IMG/VR virus record: IMGVR_UViG_3300044640_002305
From: an uncultured virus (IMG/VR IMGVR_UViG_3300044640_002305)
Lineage: Duplodnaviria > Heunggongvirae > Uroviricota > Caudoviricetes
Length of the DNA stretch: 64,000 nucleotides
Strand: one strand, 5' to 3'
Below, piece by piece: positions 28,420 through 37,458 of the stretch. Below the pieces are notes generated by a model. The model saw only the letters and a program-made list of their open reading frames with translations. It was not told where the DNA came from and searched no databases. Position 1 is the first letter of the stretch; the number at the start of each line of letters is the position of its first letter. Made by a program: the position numbers and the translations under genes.

Positions 28420-30798
28420 TTATTGTACCATTAATGATGATATGTTATTTTTCTTTTTAATTGTTATTATTTTAGTCGCCCAATCTTTAACAATTTCATT
28501 ATGTGTTATAATAAAAATGTTAGGGAACATTTCTGAACATTTCTGAAAGAAGTTTCCAACTAACTCTAAATTAGTGTTAGCAACCTTTCCAAAAACCTCA
28601 TCAAAAACAATTATGTTAGGTTTTGGTAGACAACTGACTTTTGACATTACACAACGTAAAGCTAATGATGACACTGTTTTTTCAAATCCACTACCTTCAT
28701 TAATAGGGTATTTGATAGCCTCACCTTTTTCGTTTTCTTTTACTATTAAAAATTCAACTTCTTTCTTATCGTTAATATCCACTTCTAATTTAAATGATGC
28801 CGTATCTACTAGTAATCTATCCAATTCTGAGTTAATTAAAGGCATAACACTTCTCATTATTATTTTAAGGATACCATTTTTACCAACCATTCTAGCATAA
28901 ACATCAAAAATTATTTTAATTTCTTCTTCTGCTTTAATAGTTTTAATGTATTCCTCGTTCTTATTTATCTTTGTTTTATAAGTTTCAATTTCATTAGATA
29001 ATCTTTCACCTAATTTAATTTTATTAGTTTTTTCCAATTCTAATCCACTTATTTTAGAATTATAACCTATTATCTGACTCTCCAAATCTTTATTTTTTTG
29101 GATATTGTCTAGATTATCTTCATAACGTTTTTTAAGGTCTAATTTTTCTTTTCTTTCTAATCTTAATTTTTCTAAATCCAATTCTAGTTTAGAAACCGTT
29201 AAAGAAGTTCTATCGTATTCCCAAACAGAAGATTTAATGTTATCTTGTTCTTTAACTAGATTTGTAATCTCAACTAATTTTTCGGATAAAGACAATAAAT
29301 CACTACCCAAAGTATCTAATAATACTTTATTTTCCTCAATTTCATCTGAATGGTCTACATCAGCTAAAGGTTGTTTACATAAAGAACAGAACTCACCCTC
29401 TTCTAAATTTTTAATTGTTTTTTGAGTTTCCTTTATTTTAGATTTAGCTCTCTCTACTTCTAAACTAAATCCTCGTTCTTGTTTTACATATTCCTCATGT
29501 AAATCTTCATCATAAACTGGTTCTGTCATAGAATCAAAAGATTTTTTAGTATCCTCATACTCACTCTTTTTCTTCTTACCGTACAATTCGATTCTATCAA
29601 TTTCATTATCAATATCTTCGGGTCTTAAATTAATAACATCAGAATCTATCTCTATTTTTTTACCAATTAAATTTTCTTTTTTGACTGTGGAAGACTCAAT
29701 ATTAAGTTCTAGGGATTTAATTTCTAATTCATTTTCTTTAATCGAGTTTTCATTTTCAGAAATTAAACTTTTTAGTTCACCAATCTCAGAATTTAAGTCT
29801 GTAATATTGTATTGGTCTGATTTTAATCCTTTTGACCAATTAGATTTCATTTCTTTGACAATAGTTTCTTTGTCTTCAATAACTTCTAATCCAATAAATC
29901 TAGATAGGATTCGCCCTTTTTCAGTCGGTTTGGTGTGAATGATGTCCTCAAGATTGTCGGCATCAGCAATAATTGTTAATAAAAAATCATTCACTGAACC
30001 AACCGATTTTTTTATAAATTCTTCTGTTTCTCTTCTTTGTTCACCTTCTAAGTTTTCAATACTACCATCAGGTAAGGTTCTATAGAAAGATAAGTCTGTT
30101 CTAGTGGTATACTCATCACCAGTCCTTTTAGCTTTACGTACAACAGTTCTCTCGATGATATAATCTACACCATCAATAGCAACTTTACCCTTAACAACTA
30201 CTTCATTTTTATCTTCTCTAAAAAGATTAAACATTTTAATTGCGGTACTACCTTTTGTGGTGGTATTAAAGAAAAGGAATAAAAGTAAATCTAAAGCAAG
30301 AGTTGTTTTACCACCCATATTTAACGGGTCTGAAGTAATCACTGTAATACCCTCTAACTCTTTAAAAGAGATTTTATTACCATCACCATAAGAAAGGAAA
30401 TTAGACCACTCTAACTCCTTTATATACCAATTACGATATCTATAATCTGTTTCTCTTTCTTGTGATAATTTTTCGTTTACTTTATCATCTAAACGTAAGA
30501 GTCTATCCCAATCAACATCTACTTTATTATCAGTAATCCATTGTTTAAATAACTTTCTTTGATAATTAGTATCCATTACATTATCAGCAACGGTCATTTC
30601 TACTTCACCATTTTCAGTGAGTACTTTTTTAGGTTTAAAAATAACCTGTACATTAGGGTTGTTATATTTCTCAGTAAAGTATTTAGCAATTCTTTTTGCA
30701 CGTTCCTGGGTGTAATTTTCTGGACTATCATCCCATATAACTCTGATTTTAGCCTTTTCAGGCACAACAGTTTTAACTTCTTTTACCAAGTTTTCCAT
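28420..30798 (-). CDS. SbcC/Rad50/gp46-like recombination ATPase
   Basis: NFLSYG, GGKTT Walker A, coiled coil with CSLC hook, SGFE signature, FDEVFG, IITH. Confidence 0.93.
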   Translation of the reverse strand: MENLVKEVKTVVPEKAKIRVIWDDSPENYTQERAKRIAKYFTEKYNNPNVQVIFKPKKVLTENGEVEMTVADNVMDTNYQRKLFKQWITDNKVDVDWDRLLRLDDKVNEKLSQERETDYRYRNWYIKELEWSNFLSYGDGNKISFKELEGITVITSDPLNMGGKTTLALDLLLFLFFNTTTKGSTAIKMFNLFREDKNEVVVKGKVAIDGVDYIIERTVVRKAKRTGDEYTTRTDLSFYRTLPDGSIENLEGEQRRETEEFIKKSVGSVNDFLLTIIADADNLEDIIHTKPTEKGRILSRFIGLEVIEDKETIVKEMKSNWSKGLKSDQYNITDLNSEIGELKSLISENENSIKENELEIKSLELNIESSTVKKENLIGKKIEIDSDVINLRPEDIDNEIDRIELYGKKKKSEYEDTKKSFDSMTEPVYDEDLHEEYVKQERGFSLEVERAKSKIKETQKTIKNLEEGEFCSLCKQPLADVDHSDEIEENKVLLDTLGSDLLSLSEKLVEITNLVKEQDNIKSSVWEYDRTSLTVSKLELDLEKLRLERKEKLDLKKRYEDNLDNIQKNKDLESQIIGYNSKISGLELEKTNKIKLGERLSNEIETYKTKINKNEEYIKTIKAEEEIKIIFDVYARMVGKNGILKIIMRSVMPLINSELDRLLVDTASFKLEVDINDKKEVEFLIVKENEKGEAIKYPINEGSGFEKTVSSLALRCVMSKVSCLPKPNIIVFDEVFGKVANTNLELVGNFFQKCSEMFPNIFIITHNEIVKDWATKIITIKKKNNISSLMVQ

Positions 30799-30852
30799 AT
30801 TTCTTTAATTTATAAAAATATACTTTAAATTTTTGATTAAATAAAGACTTGT

Positions 30853-31443
30853 TTACTCTCCATATAAATCAGTATCCCTTTCAGATTTGGATATCCAACT
30901 AATAACGTTGCTAGTTGGTGTTTTTGAATTTTCTTCTTTTGGTTTTTCTGTTTTAGTTGGTTTATAGTTTCTATTTTTTTCCAACTCTAACTCTATTTTA
31001 AGGTTTTCAACTTGTTGTTCTAATTCTTTAAATTGTTTATCGTTTTTAATTGGCACCTCAACAATTTTTTCTACTATAACCTCTTTAATAACTTCTTTTA
31101 TTACTTCAACAGGTACTTCCACTCTATTTTCAGTAATACCACCAATTTTTTCTACGATTATTTCTTTTATAACCTCAACAGGGACTTCTTTAATTACCTC
31201 AACAATCTTCTCTTTTTCGACAATAACCTCTTTAATCACCTCTTTTTCTACAATCACTTCCCTGATGATTTCTTTTTCAATAATTTCAGGTTCTTTTTGC
31301 CCCATTTTAAAAGGGGTGGCACCATATTTTTCAATATTGTAACCTTGTTTTAACATCCTAACCATAAAAGCATTCAAATCGGTTATATCGTTTAATCTAC
31401 AGTATTCCCATATTTCATCTTTTAAATCTTTAGGTAGTTCCAT
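30853..31443 (-). CDS. Protein with (I/V)EK(I/V)VEV repeats
   Basis: Long V/I/E/K low-complexity repeat tract. Confidence 0.7.
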   Translation of the reverse strand: MELPKDLKDEIWEYCRLNDITDLNAFMVRMLKQGYNIEKYGATPFKMGQKEPEIIEKEIIREVIVEKEVIKEVIVEKEKIVEVIKEVPVEVIKEIIVEKIGGITENRVEVPVEVIKEVIKEVIVEKIVEVPIKNDKQFKELEQQVENLKIELELEKNRNYKPTKTEKPKEENSKTPTSNVISWISKSERDTDLYGE

Positions 31444-32033
31444 TAAAATTTGTGTATCAATTTACTATCACCAATAGATTTTGGTTTATTAGATTTTTCA
31501 TCTGTTCTTGTATTTGAATACCTTTCAAAATATTGTTCAGGTTGTATAGGGTTATTTATTTGTTCTACGTATTGTGGGTTATACCAATAATCCATATCGA
31601 TAGTACTATATCTAACTATGTATCTATAATCAGGTTCAAAATTTATCGGGTTGAATATCCTAACGGTGTCTATTGTGTATATAAAAACTTCTTTATTACT
31701 ACTTAAATCTTCCATTATTTTTATAACTAAATCATAAAAAGTATTAAAATTTTGAGTACCAACTACTAAAGTTTTTGTTGTTGGTGTGTTAGCTAACTCA
31801 GGGTCTACCATCCTTCTTCTAGCTTCAGGGTGTGGTATTATATTACCTGGTAAATCTAAAACATATACCTTTTCATTTTCAAGATATTCCAAAAGACCAA
31901 TTATTTGTTCTCTTAAAGTTTCATAGTTTTCACGAGTAATTTGTTCACCTTGTCTTATGTTATTATCTATGTTATGAAAACTATTTGTGGTTAATTTTAC
32001 TATTTTTTCTTGTAGGGTTAAATTTCTATTCAT
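31443..32033 (-). CDS. Hypothetical protein with a capsid-like FNP.NFEP..RY segment
   Basis: IFNPINFEPDYRYIVRY; ends LIHKF. Confidence 0.6.
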   Translation of the reverse strand: MNRNLTLQEKIVKLTTNSFHNIDNNIRQGEQITRENYETLREQIIGLLEYLENEKVYVLDLPGNIIPHPEARRRMVDPELANTPTTKTLVVGTQNFNTFYDLVIKIMEDLSSNKEVFIYTIDTVRIFNPINFEPDYRYIVRYSTIDMDYWYNPQYVEQINNPIQPEQYFERYSNTRTDEKSNKPKSIGDSKLIHKF

Positions 32034-32040
32034 ATTATTA

Positions 32041-32442
32041 TTAATACTCTATCTCTTCCCATGTTCCATTAGTATTTAGTTTATAACTACCATAACATGG
32101 TTTATTCCATTCATTAGGTTTTATGATACTTAAAAAGTTTTCATCATTATTATTCTTATAGATATAATAAATCTCACCTAATATAGGTTGAAATGAATAT
32201 TTGGTGTTGTATAATAACTTGGTTGACTCATACTCATTCAGCAACTTATCATACTCTTCCTTTAATTCTTCTAATTTTTTATTAAAATATTTATCAGCCT
32301 TTATTGCATCTGATTTATCTATCTGTAAAATTTCAAACTTTTGAGCACCCACCGTTGTTGGGTAATGCTTTAGGTTAGCATCAAATTTATCTGTCTTTTC
32401 ATTAAAGACAATATTATCAGGATATTTTTTATTATTTTCCAA
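32041..32442 (-). CDS. DUF2452-like protein
   Basis: YPTTVGA..F, FQPILGEIYYIY, FLSII.PNEW. Confidence 0.7.
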   Translation of the reverse strand: MENNKKYPDNIVFNEKTDKFDANLKHYPTTVGAQKFEILQIDKSDAIKADKYFNKKLEELKEEYDKLLNEYESTKLLYNTKYSFQPILGEIYYIYKNNNDENFLSIIKPNEWNKPCYGSYKLNTNGTWEEIEY

Positions 32443-32653
32443 AATTAAAATTTAAATTAGTCATAGTTGGTTCTATATTATATAGACTTAATCTTTCATC
32501 ACTTATTTTTATTTTTTTAATTTCACCACTAAAGTCAATAACCCATTTACCCATTCCTTTACATTTACAAGTAGGTTGTTCTTTACTAACTATAGTACCT
32601 ATCATAGTATCTGAAAAAGAATTCTCATATTTTACTTTATCCCCTATTGTCAT
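32432..32653 (-). CDS. Hypothetical protein
   Basis: 73 aa with CKCKG. Confidence 0.55.
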   Translation of the reverse strand: MTIGDKVKYENSFSDTMIGTIVSKEQPTCKCKGMGKWVIDFSGEIKKIKISDERLSLYNIEPTMTNLNFNFGK

Positions 32654-32964
32654 AATTTATGTTTTTTAACGTAATTATATGGTGTTAAACCATCTTTTTT
32701 AAATTCCACGTAATGTGACTGTAAGTCTTGAAATAATGTTCTAGGATAAATCCTTCTTACTATTGGGAACACTATAGTATCAAAACCACCAGTGCTAGGT
32801 ACTTCATCCACTTCATTAATTAACTGTGATGTCTGACCCTCAAGTAATGAGGCTATATTTATTTTTGTTTCATTATTAGTGTCTAAACAATCTAACAACC
32901 CAGAGTCCATCCACTTTTTAATAATTTCTTCTCTTTGTGTTGTTAATCCTGAAAAATTTGCCAT
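32650..32964 (-). CDS. Small protein with a gp23-like capsid N-terminal fragment
   Basis: KW.DSGLL..L, LLEGQ.SQLINE, FDTIVFPIVRR; ends YVKKHKL. Confidence 0.75.
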   Translation of the reverse strand: MANFSGLTTQREEIIKKWMDSGLLDCLDTNNETKINIASLLEGQTSQLINEVDEVPSTGGFDTIVFPIVRRIYPRTLFQDLQSHYVEFKKDGLTPYNYVKKHKL

Positions 32965-32969
32965 TTTAT

Positions 32970-33284
32970 TTATAAAAAATAATTATTATCTGTGTTAGTG
33001 ATACTAATATCCAAGTTAAGATACTGAGGTACTCTTCTAGGTCTTAATTGTATATCTTGTATAAAACTGTTATCTTCTATCCTCCAATCACCTATTTGGG
33101 ATTCCATAATCATTGAGTTTATTGAATCAGCTACTTGTGGTGAACAAACAATCCAATTGGCAGGTCCCCCTCTATTACTACTTTGAATCTGTCCAGATAA
33201 TTCATTTAAAAGTCTATTTAACTCCTTTTCATAATCAAAATCACCAAAATGGTATTTTTTTATATATTTTTTAGGTTTTATCAT
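32970..33284 (-). CDS. Small protein with a capsid fragment plus a sheath-like C-terminal motif
   Basis: RGGPANWIVCSPQVA; DIQLRPRRVPQYLNLDISIT. Confidence 0.65.
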   Translation of the reverse strand: MIKPKKYIKKYHFGDFDYEKELNRLLNELSGQIQSSNRGGPANWIVCSPQVADSINSMIMESQIGDWRIEDNSFIQDIQLRPRRVPQYLNLDISITNTDNNYFL

Positions 33285-34090
33285 ACTAACCTTTCTATTT
33301 CATTTTCAATATCCTCTATTGAGCTTATTTTAAAAGTATAAAACCCATAATCGGATTCTAAGTTAATATGTTTATGTTTTTTAGTTTCTACATTCCATAT
33401 AACAAACCCGTGTTTATCTACAGACTCACCAAAATCTTGTTGTATCATTGATGAGGGTTGTACGATAGTAGTTCCATGATAATTCATCACTTGGTATAAG
33501 TGAATATCACCACAACAAACAAAATCACAACCATCAAAAATAGAAATGTCTTGTCCGTCCTCAAATTCAAACCCAACATTTGTCTTTAAACCAATTAAAG
33601 GGTCATGATATAAACCAACGTATGTCTTATCACCAAAGTCCTCTTTGGCCTTTTCTATTTCAGGTCTCTGTGAACCTTCGATATGACCATATAAACACCA
33701 AACAATATTCTCATCCTCAAAACATCCTGTGTGTTTTAAAAACTTAAGTCTATCATCATTCATTGTATCAATAATGGGTGTTAACGCATCCATTCTATCT
33801 AAGTTATTGGCTAAGAAATCGTGGTTACCCAAAATAACTATGGTATCACAAATGTCACAACAATTTTTAAAGAACCATGTTGTTAAATCTACTAGTTCAG
33901 GTGTTAACTGATTCTTAGAGTGTACCACATCACCAGCAATAACAATCCTAACCTCTTCTCTGTTAAGGTTGTTTTCTTCCATATGTTCTTTAACTGAATC
34001 AAAGAACTTTTGAAATTGTTCACGGTATTCATCGTGTCTTTTATAAAGTCTGATGTGTAAATCAGCACAGTGATAGATTATTTTTATCAT
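33281..34090 (-). CDS. SbcD/Mre11/gp47-like metallophosphoesterase nuclease
   Basis: ADLH, GDVVH, GNHD, GDIH, QQDFGE. Confidence 0.92.
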   Translation of the reverse strand: MIKIIYHCADLHIRLYKRHDEYREQFQKFFDSVKEHMEENNLNREEVRIVIAGDVVHSKNQLTPELVDLTTWFFKNCCDICDTIVILGNHDFLANNLDRMDALTPIIDTMNDDRLKFLKHTGCFEDENIVWCLYGHIEGSQRPEIEKAKEDFGDKTYVGLYHDPLIGLKTNVGFEFEDGQDISIFDGCDFVCCGDIHLYQVMNYHGTTIVQPSSMIQQDFGESVDKHGFVIWNVETKKHKHINLESDYGFYTFKISSIEDIENEIERLV

Positions 34091-34416
34091 AATTTAAATT
34101 TATTAATTTTTTTTATAGGTTTAAAGTCTTTTAAATCCTCTATTGATAATCCGTGTATATTTAAAAATTGAATTACTGCCTCTGTAAGTAATTCTTTATA
34201 TTCAGTTTCAACATTAAAATTAGAATGATATACGTCATCTGTGAGTTGAACTGAAATTTGTATATTAGTTTTAAAAGTATAATTACTACTTACTCGTGGA
34301 TGCCTAAATAAAACTCCCCTAACGGGAGAAAAGTTATCTGGGTTATACATTATAGGTGTAACCGTGAACCCCAAATGACCAAACTCATTTTCAAACCATT
34401 GTGAAATTTCATCCAT
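34087..34416 (-). CDS. Small protein with a capsid C-terminal fragment
   Basis: TPIMYNPDNFSPVRGVLFR; ends KPIKKINKFKL. Confidence 0.7.
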   Translation of the reverse strand: MDEISQWFENEFGHLGFTVTPIMYNPDNFSPVRGVLFRHPRVSSNYTFKTNIQISVQLTDDVYHSNFNVETEYKELLTEAVIQFLNIHGLSIEDLKDFKPIKKINKFKL

Positions 34417-34709
34417 TACAATTCAAATTGTTTAATTTTTTTTATTGGTATAAAATCACCATCTAATCTATAACCATAAGTTGTTAATAATGTGTCAAAT
34501 ATTAATTTTCTAAGTTCCTTATCACCAACAGTAAAATCTAAAACTCTTTCCAAACTTATCCTAACCATCTGTGTTTTATTGTTATTATATAAAACACCAA
34601 AATAAAATTTTAAATCTTGTGTGTCTTGGTAAAGTGGTGATAAATCAAATCCTAAATGTCCGTAATTATCTAAAAACCAATTTTTGAATGTGGTGTATGA
34701 TAAATTCAT
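34416..34709 (-). CDS. Paralog of 34087-34416 (diverged)
   Basis: Shared WF...(F/Y)GHLGF N-terminus; ends IPIKKIKQFEL. Confidence 0.7.
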   Translation of the reverse strand: MNLSYTTFKNWFLDNYGHLGFDLSPLYQDTQDLKFYFGVLYNNNKTQMVRISLERVLDFTVGDKELRKLIFDTLLTTYGYRLDGDFIPIKKIKQFEL

Positions 34710-35110
34710 TATAATTTATGTTTTGGTATATATTTTATTGGGTCCATTTCAGGATTGTCTTTAATCCATTCACAATAGTCTTCAGCAAAAAAACTACATA
34801 ACTCAGCCTCAGCATCAAAATTTGTTCCATGTAAATCACTAATAACCTCTCTATTATCAGTTATAAACTGGTCAAATTTTTGTATTAAATTTGGGACATT
34901 TTTAATAATTAAACCTGTTTTACAAATTCTATATATTATAGGGAATATAGTAGTTATTAAAAAATCACCACTACCAAATAAAGGACCATCACTAATTAAT
35001 ATAGTGGCAGCCTTTTCATAGGTTATAGCTGTATTACCTTTAAACTCTTCGGTTAACCCATCTAAAAAACCTAAGTTACCCCACTTTTCAATCACTTCCT
35101 CCAAATCCAT
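34709..35110 (-). CDS. Small mosaic protein of capsid fragments
   Basis: KWGNLGFLDGL, IFPIIYRI, FDAEAEL; ends PIKYIPKHKL. Confidence 0.75.
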   Translation of the reverse strand: MDLEEVIEKWGNLGFLDGLTEEFKGNTAITYEKAATILISDGPLFGSGDFLITTIFPIIYRICKTGLIIKNVPNLIQKFDQFITDNREVISDLHGTNFDAEAELCSFFAEDYCEWIKDNPEMDPIKYIPKHKL

Positions 35111-35504
35111 GTTTTTTTATTGGTTTTAATTGTACCATTTTACCCATTTTTTGGTTAAATAGGTCTATTATATCTTGGTATTTTCCAGTGAAACCTTCTA
35201 ATTTAGGTGTACCAGCATAATAAGCACTTCCGTCAATAAATAAATCTTTTTCTTTTACATAAAAAAACTCATCTACATATTGTTTCATGGTATTCATGGG
35301 TGGTAACATCTTATGTGATGTAATTACTCTGTTTATACAGTAACCACATTTTTGAAATATCTTTTCTTTTATTAGTTTTCTACTAGCCCCTGTTGGTGAA
35401 ACCACTAAAGCTGTTTTTCCACCATTTTCTTCTAAAAAAAGAACTATGTCCTCAACCATCCTAGTTGATTTACCTGTTTGTCTACCACTTACTTCGACGT
35501 ACAT
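35088..35504 (-). CDS. Miniature terminase-like P-loop protein
   Basis: GRQTGKST Walker A, LVVSPT, YVDEF Walker B in 138 aa; KPIKKHGF near the end. Confidence 0.65.
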   Translation of the reverse strand: MYVEVSGRQTGKSTRMVEDIVLFLEENGGKTALVVSPTGASRKLIKEKIFQKCGYCINRVITSHKMLPPMNTMKQYVDEFFYVKEKDLFIDGSAYYAGTPKLEGFTGKYQDIIDLFNQKMGKMVQLKPIKKHGFGGSD

Positions 35505-36656
35505 TTATCTCACCATGTCTATATCGTTATTCTCTATTCTTTCAAGAGTGTAGATTTCCATTTCGTGTCTTAGTTTATTTTCCTCAACAAGTTTCTCGTA
35601 TCTTTTTTGTGCTTTCCCTTTCCACCACTCAATCATATGAGAAAGTTTGTGTTTATGGAAATTTTGTCCTTCAATTAAAGGAATTTCACCACCAGAATTA
35701 ACATGTTCAATAACATTGTCGTATCCAAAGTTTGAATAATAATATCTCTTTTTGGTTTTGGCTTTCATATGTGTTTTGGTGAAAGAATGAAACTCATTAT
35801 AAGCATCGATATCATAATGTTTAAGGTGATTTTTAAGGACTGATATTGCCTTATTAAACTCTCTCATCTTTGGTCCTGATGGTACAGGGTCTACAGTATT
35901 TCCACCCCATTCAGGGTTACCGTATAACTCTCTCATTTTAGCTCTAATCGGCCCATAAACTTCTTCTGTTGGGAATAAAAACAAATCTGATTCTGTCATG
36001 TCTTGGTAACGGATATATGGTTTTAAACCATCGTATTGACTCATACCTTTGATGTCACCATAAAGGGAGGTTGTTTCAAAAAAACAAGTATCGATTTTAT
36101 CACCATACTTTTCTTTTAACATATTTTTAATTTCGTGTGAACATGAAATTAAAGCTAATAGTTTACCACCTAAGTAGTTATACCCAAAAGGTTGTACAGG
36201 AACAATAATGGCCCCATTAATCATATGTCTATTAACAGCTGTAGCTCTAATTGTTTCACCAAAGAAATCATTTCTAGGTTTAATAGATAAAACAGGTGAA
36301 GCCACACGAATAAACCCAACATATTTGTTAGTGGTTTTTTCTCTAATACCCATCATGATTTGTCTACCGATTTGTGATTCTAAAGGTAGTGAAGTGATAA
36401 TCTGTGTAGAAGGATTAAATAAATTACCCTCAATCACCTCGATTTCAAATTCCATGTTTTTTGGCTCAACACTATAATCATCAAACATGTTTTTAGTGTA
36501 TTTATCGTGGTTAATATCCACAATTTTTTCTTTTTTTCTAGCCAAAAAATAGTCTTGGATTGACTCAAGGTCTCGGTAAAAATTTATAAATCTATCTTTT
36601 ATTCCAATTGTCTCCTCTAAAGTTAATTTAGGTTCGAATTCTATTTTATCACTCAT
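35505..36656 (-). CDS. DUF4338-family (DruA-like, GNAT-fold) protein
   Basis: PFGYNYLGGKLLAL, ETTSLYG, SQYDG. Confidence 0.75.
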   Translation of the reverse strand: MSDKIEFEPKLTLEETIGIKDRFINFYRDLESIQDYFLARKKEKIVDINHDKYTKNMFDDYSVEPKNMEFEIEVIEGNLFNPSTQIITSLPLESQIGRQIMMGIREKTTNKYVGFIRVASPVLSIKPRNDFFGETIRATAVNRHMINGAIIVPVQPFGYNYLGGKLLALISCSHEIKNMLKEKYGDKIDTCFFETTSLYGDIKGMSQYDGLKPYIRYQDMTESDLFLFPTEEVYGPIRAKMRELYGNPEWGGNTVDPVPSGPKMREFNKAISVLKNHLKHYDIDAYNEFHSFTKTHMKAKTKKRYYYSNFGYDNVIEHVNSGGEIPLIEGQNFHKHKLSHMIEWWKGKAQKRYEKLVEENKLRHEMEIYTLERIENNDIDMVR

Positions 36657-36708
36657 ATATCTGTTTATTTAATAAATAATAGACAAAAAATATTAAACAC
36701 TAAAGACT

Positions 36709-37458
36709 TTATTTTTTATTTTTTTCTAACCAATAGTCCAAAATTGCTTTGGCATCCCTACCCAAATAGGGCATATTAATTTTTTCAAAGGTATAATCTT
36801 TTTGTGGGTTTAAATAAAATATCTGTAGTTTACCAACTTTTTTTCTTGTTTGCATTTGTATCATGTATGCATATATAGATAGTTGTAGAGCGTATACGTT
36901 GTATTGACAATCTGATAAATGTGATACTGGTTTATTTAACCATTGATTGTATTTTGATATGTAATTTAGTTCTTTATTTGTTTTAAAGTCCAATATATTA
37001 AAATAATCACCACAATCCTCTACAATATCCGCTGTTCCACAAATTTTATATTTTTCACTAAATAAAACTGCTTCTGGGTAAACTGTACCAGACATATCAT
37101 CTACTTCTTGGAATTTACTTATTACCTCTCTTTCATAATCGTTTTTAGGTATGTATATCCTATCAGCCAATAGGTACCTCTCCAATATTTCATGGACTTC
37201 AGTACCATATTCATTTGCCTCACGATTAATACGTTCCCATTCTACTAATATCTCACCCTTGGTCATACCAACATACTCAGGTTTTTTTACATCATCCGAC
37301 TGTTGGGATATTGCGTAAGCCACTGAGTCACTATCGAAATGAGGTTCCAATAATGATAAAATTGTTGTTACTGATTTAAAAACTTCGTTAGTTTCCTTAT
37401 GATAATATTTATGTTCTATCGGTTCTAACCAAACTTGTGTTTCCCATTTATTTGCCAT
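36709..37458 (-). CDS. PD-(D/E)XK exonuclease
   Basis: H.Y, SVTT, GT.VH, GTAD, ILDFKTNK, Y.LQLSIY. Confidence 0.85.
   Translation of the reverse strand: MANKWETQVWLEPIEHKYYHKETNEVFKSVTTILSLLEPHFDSDSVAYAISQQSDDVKKPEYVGMTKGEILVEWERINREANEYGTEVHEILERYLLADRIYIPKNDYEREVISKFQEVDDMSGTVYPEAVLFSEKYKICGTADIVEDCGDYFNILDFKTNKELNYISKYNQWLNKPVSHLSDCQYNVYALQLSIYAYMIQMQTRKKVGKLQIFYLNPQKDYTFEKINMPYLGRDAKAILDYWLEKNKK

Noticed and set aside
35505..36656. Complete Druantia defence system
   Set aside because: No DruE-like helicase or other Dru genes nearby.
36709..37458. Cas4 of a CRISPR-Cas locus
   Set aside because: No four-Cys cluster pattern, no other cas genes and no array; a generic phage PD-(D/E)XK exonuclease fits better.
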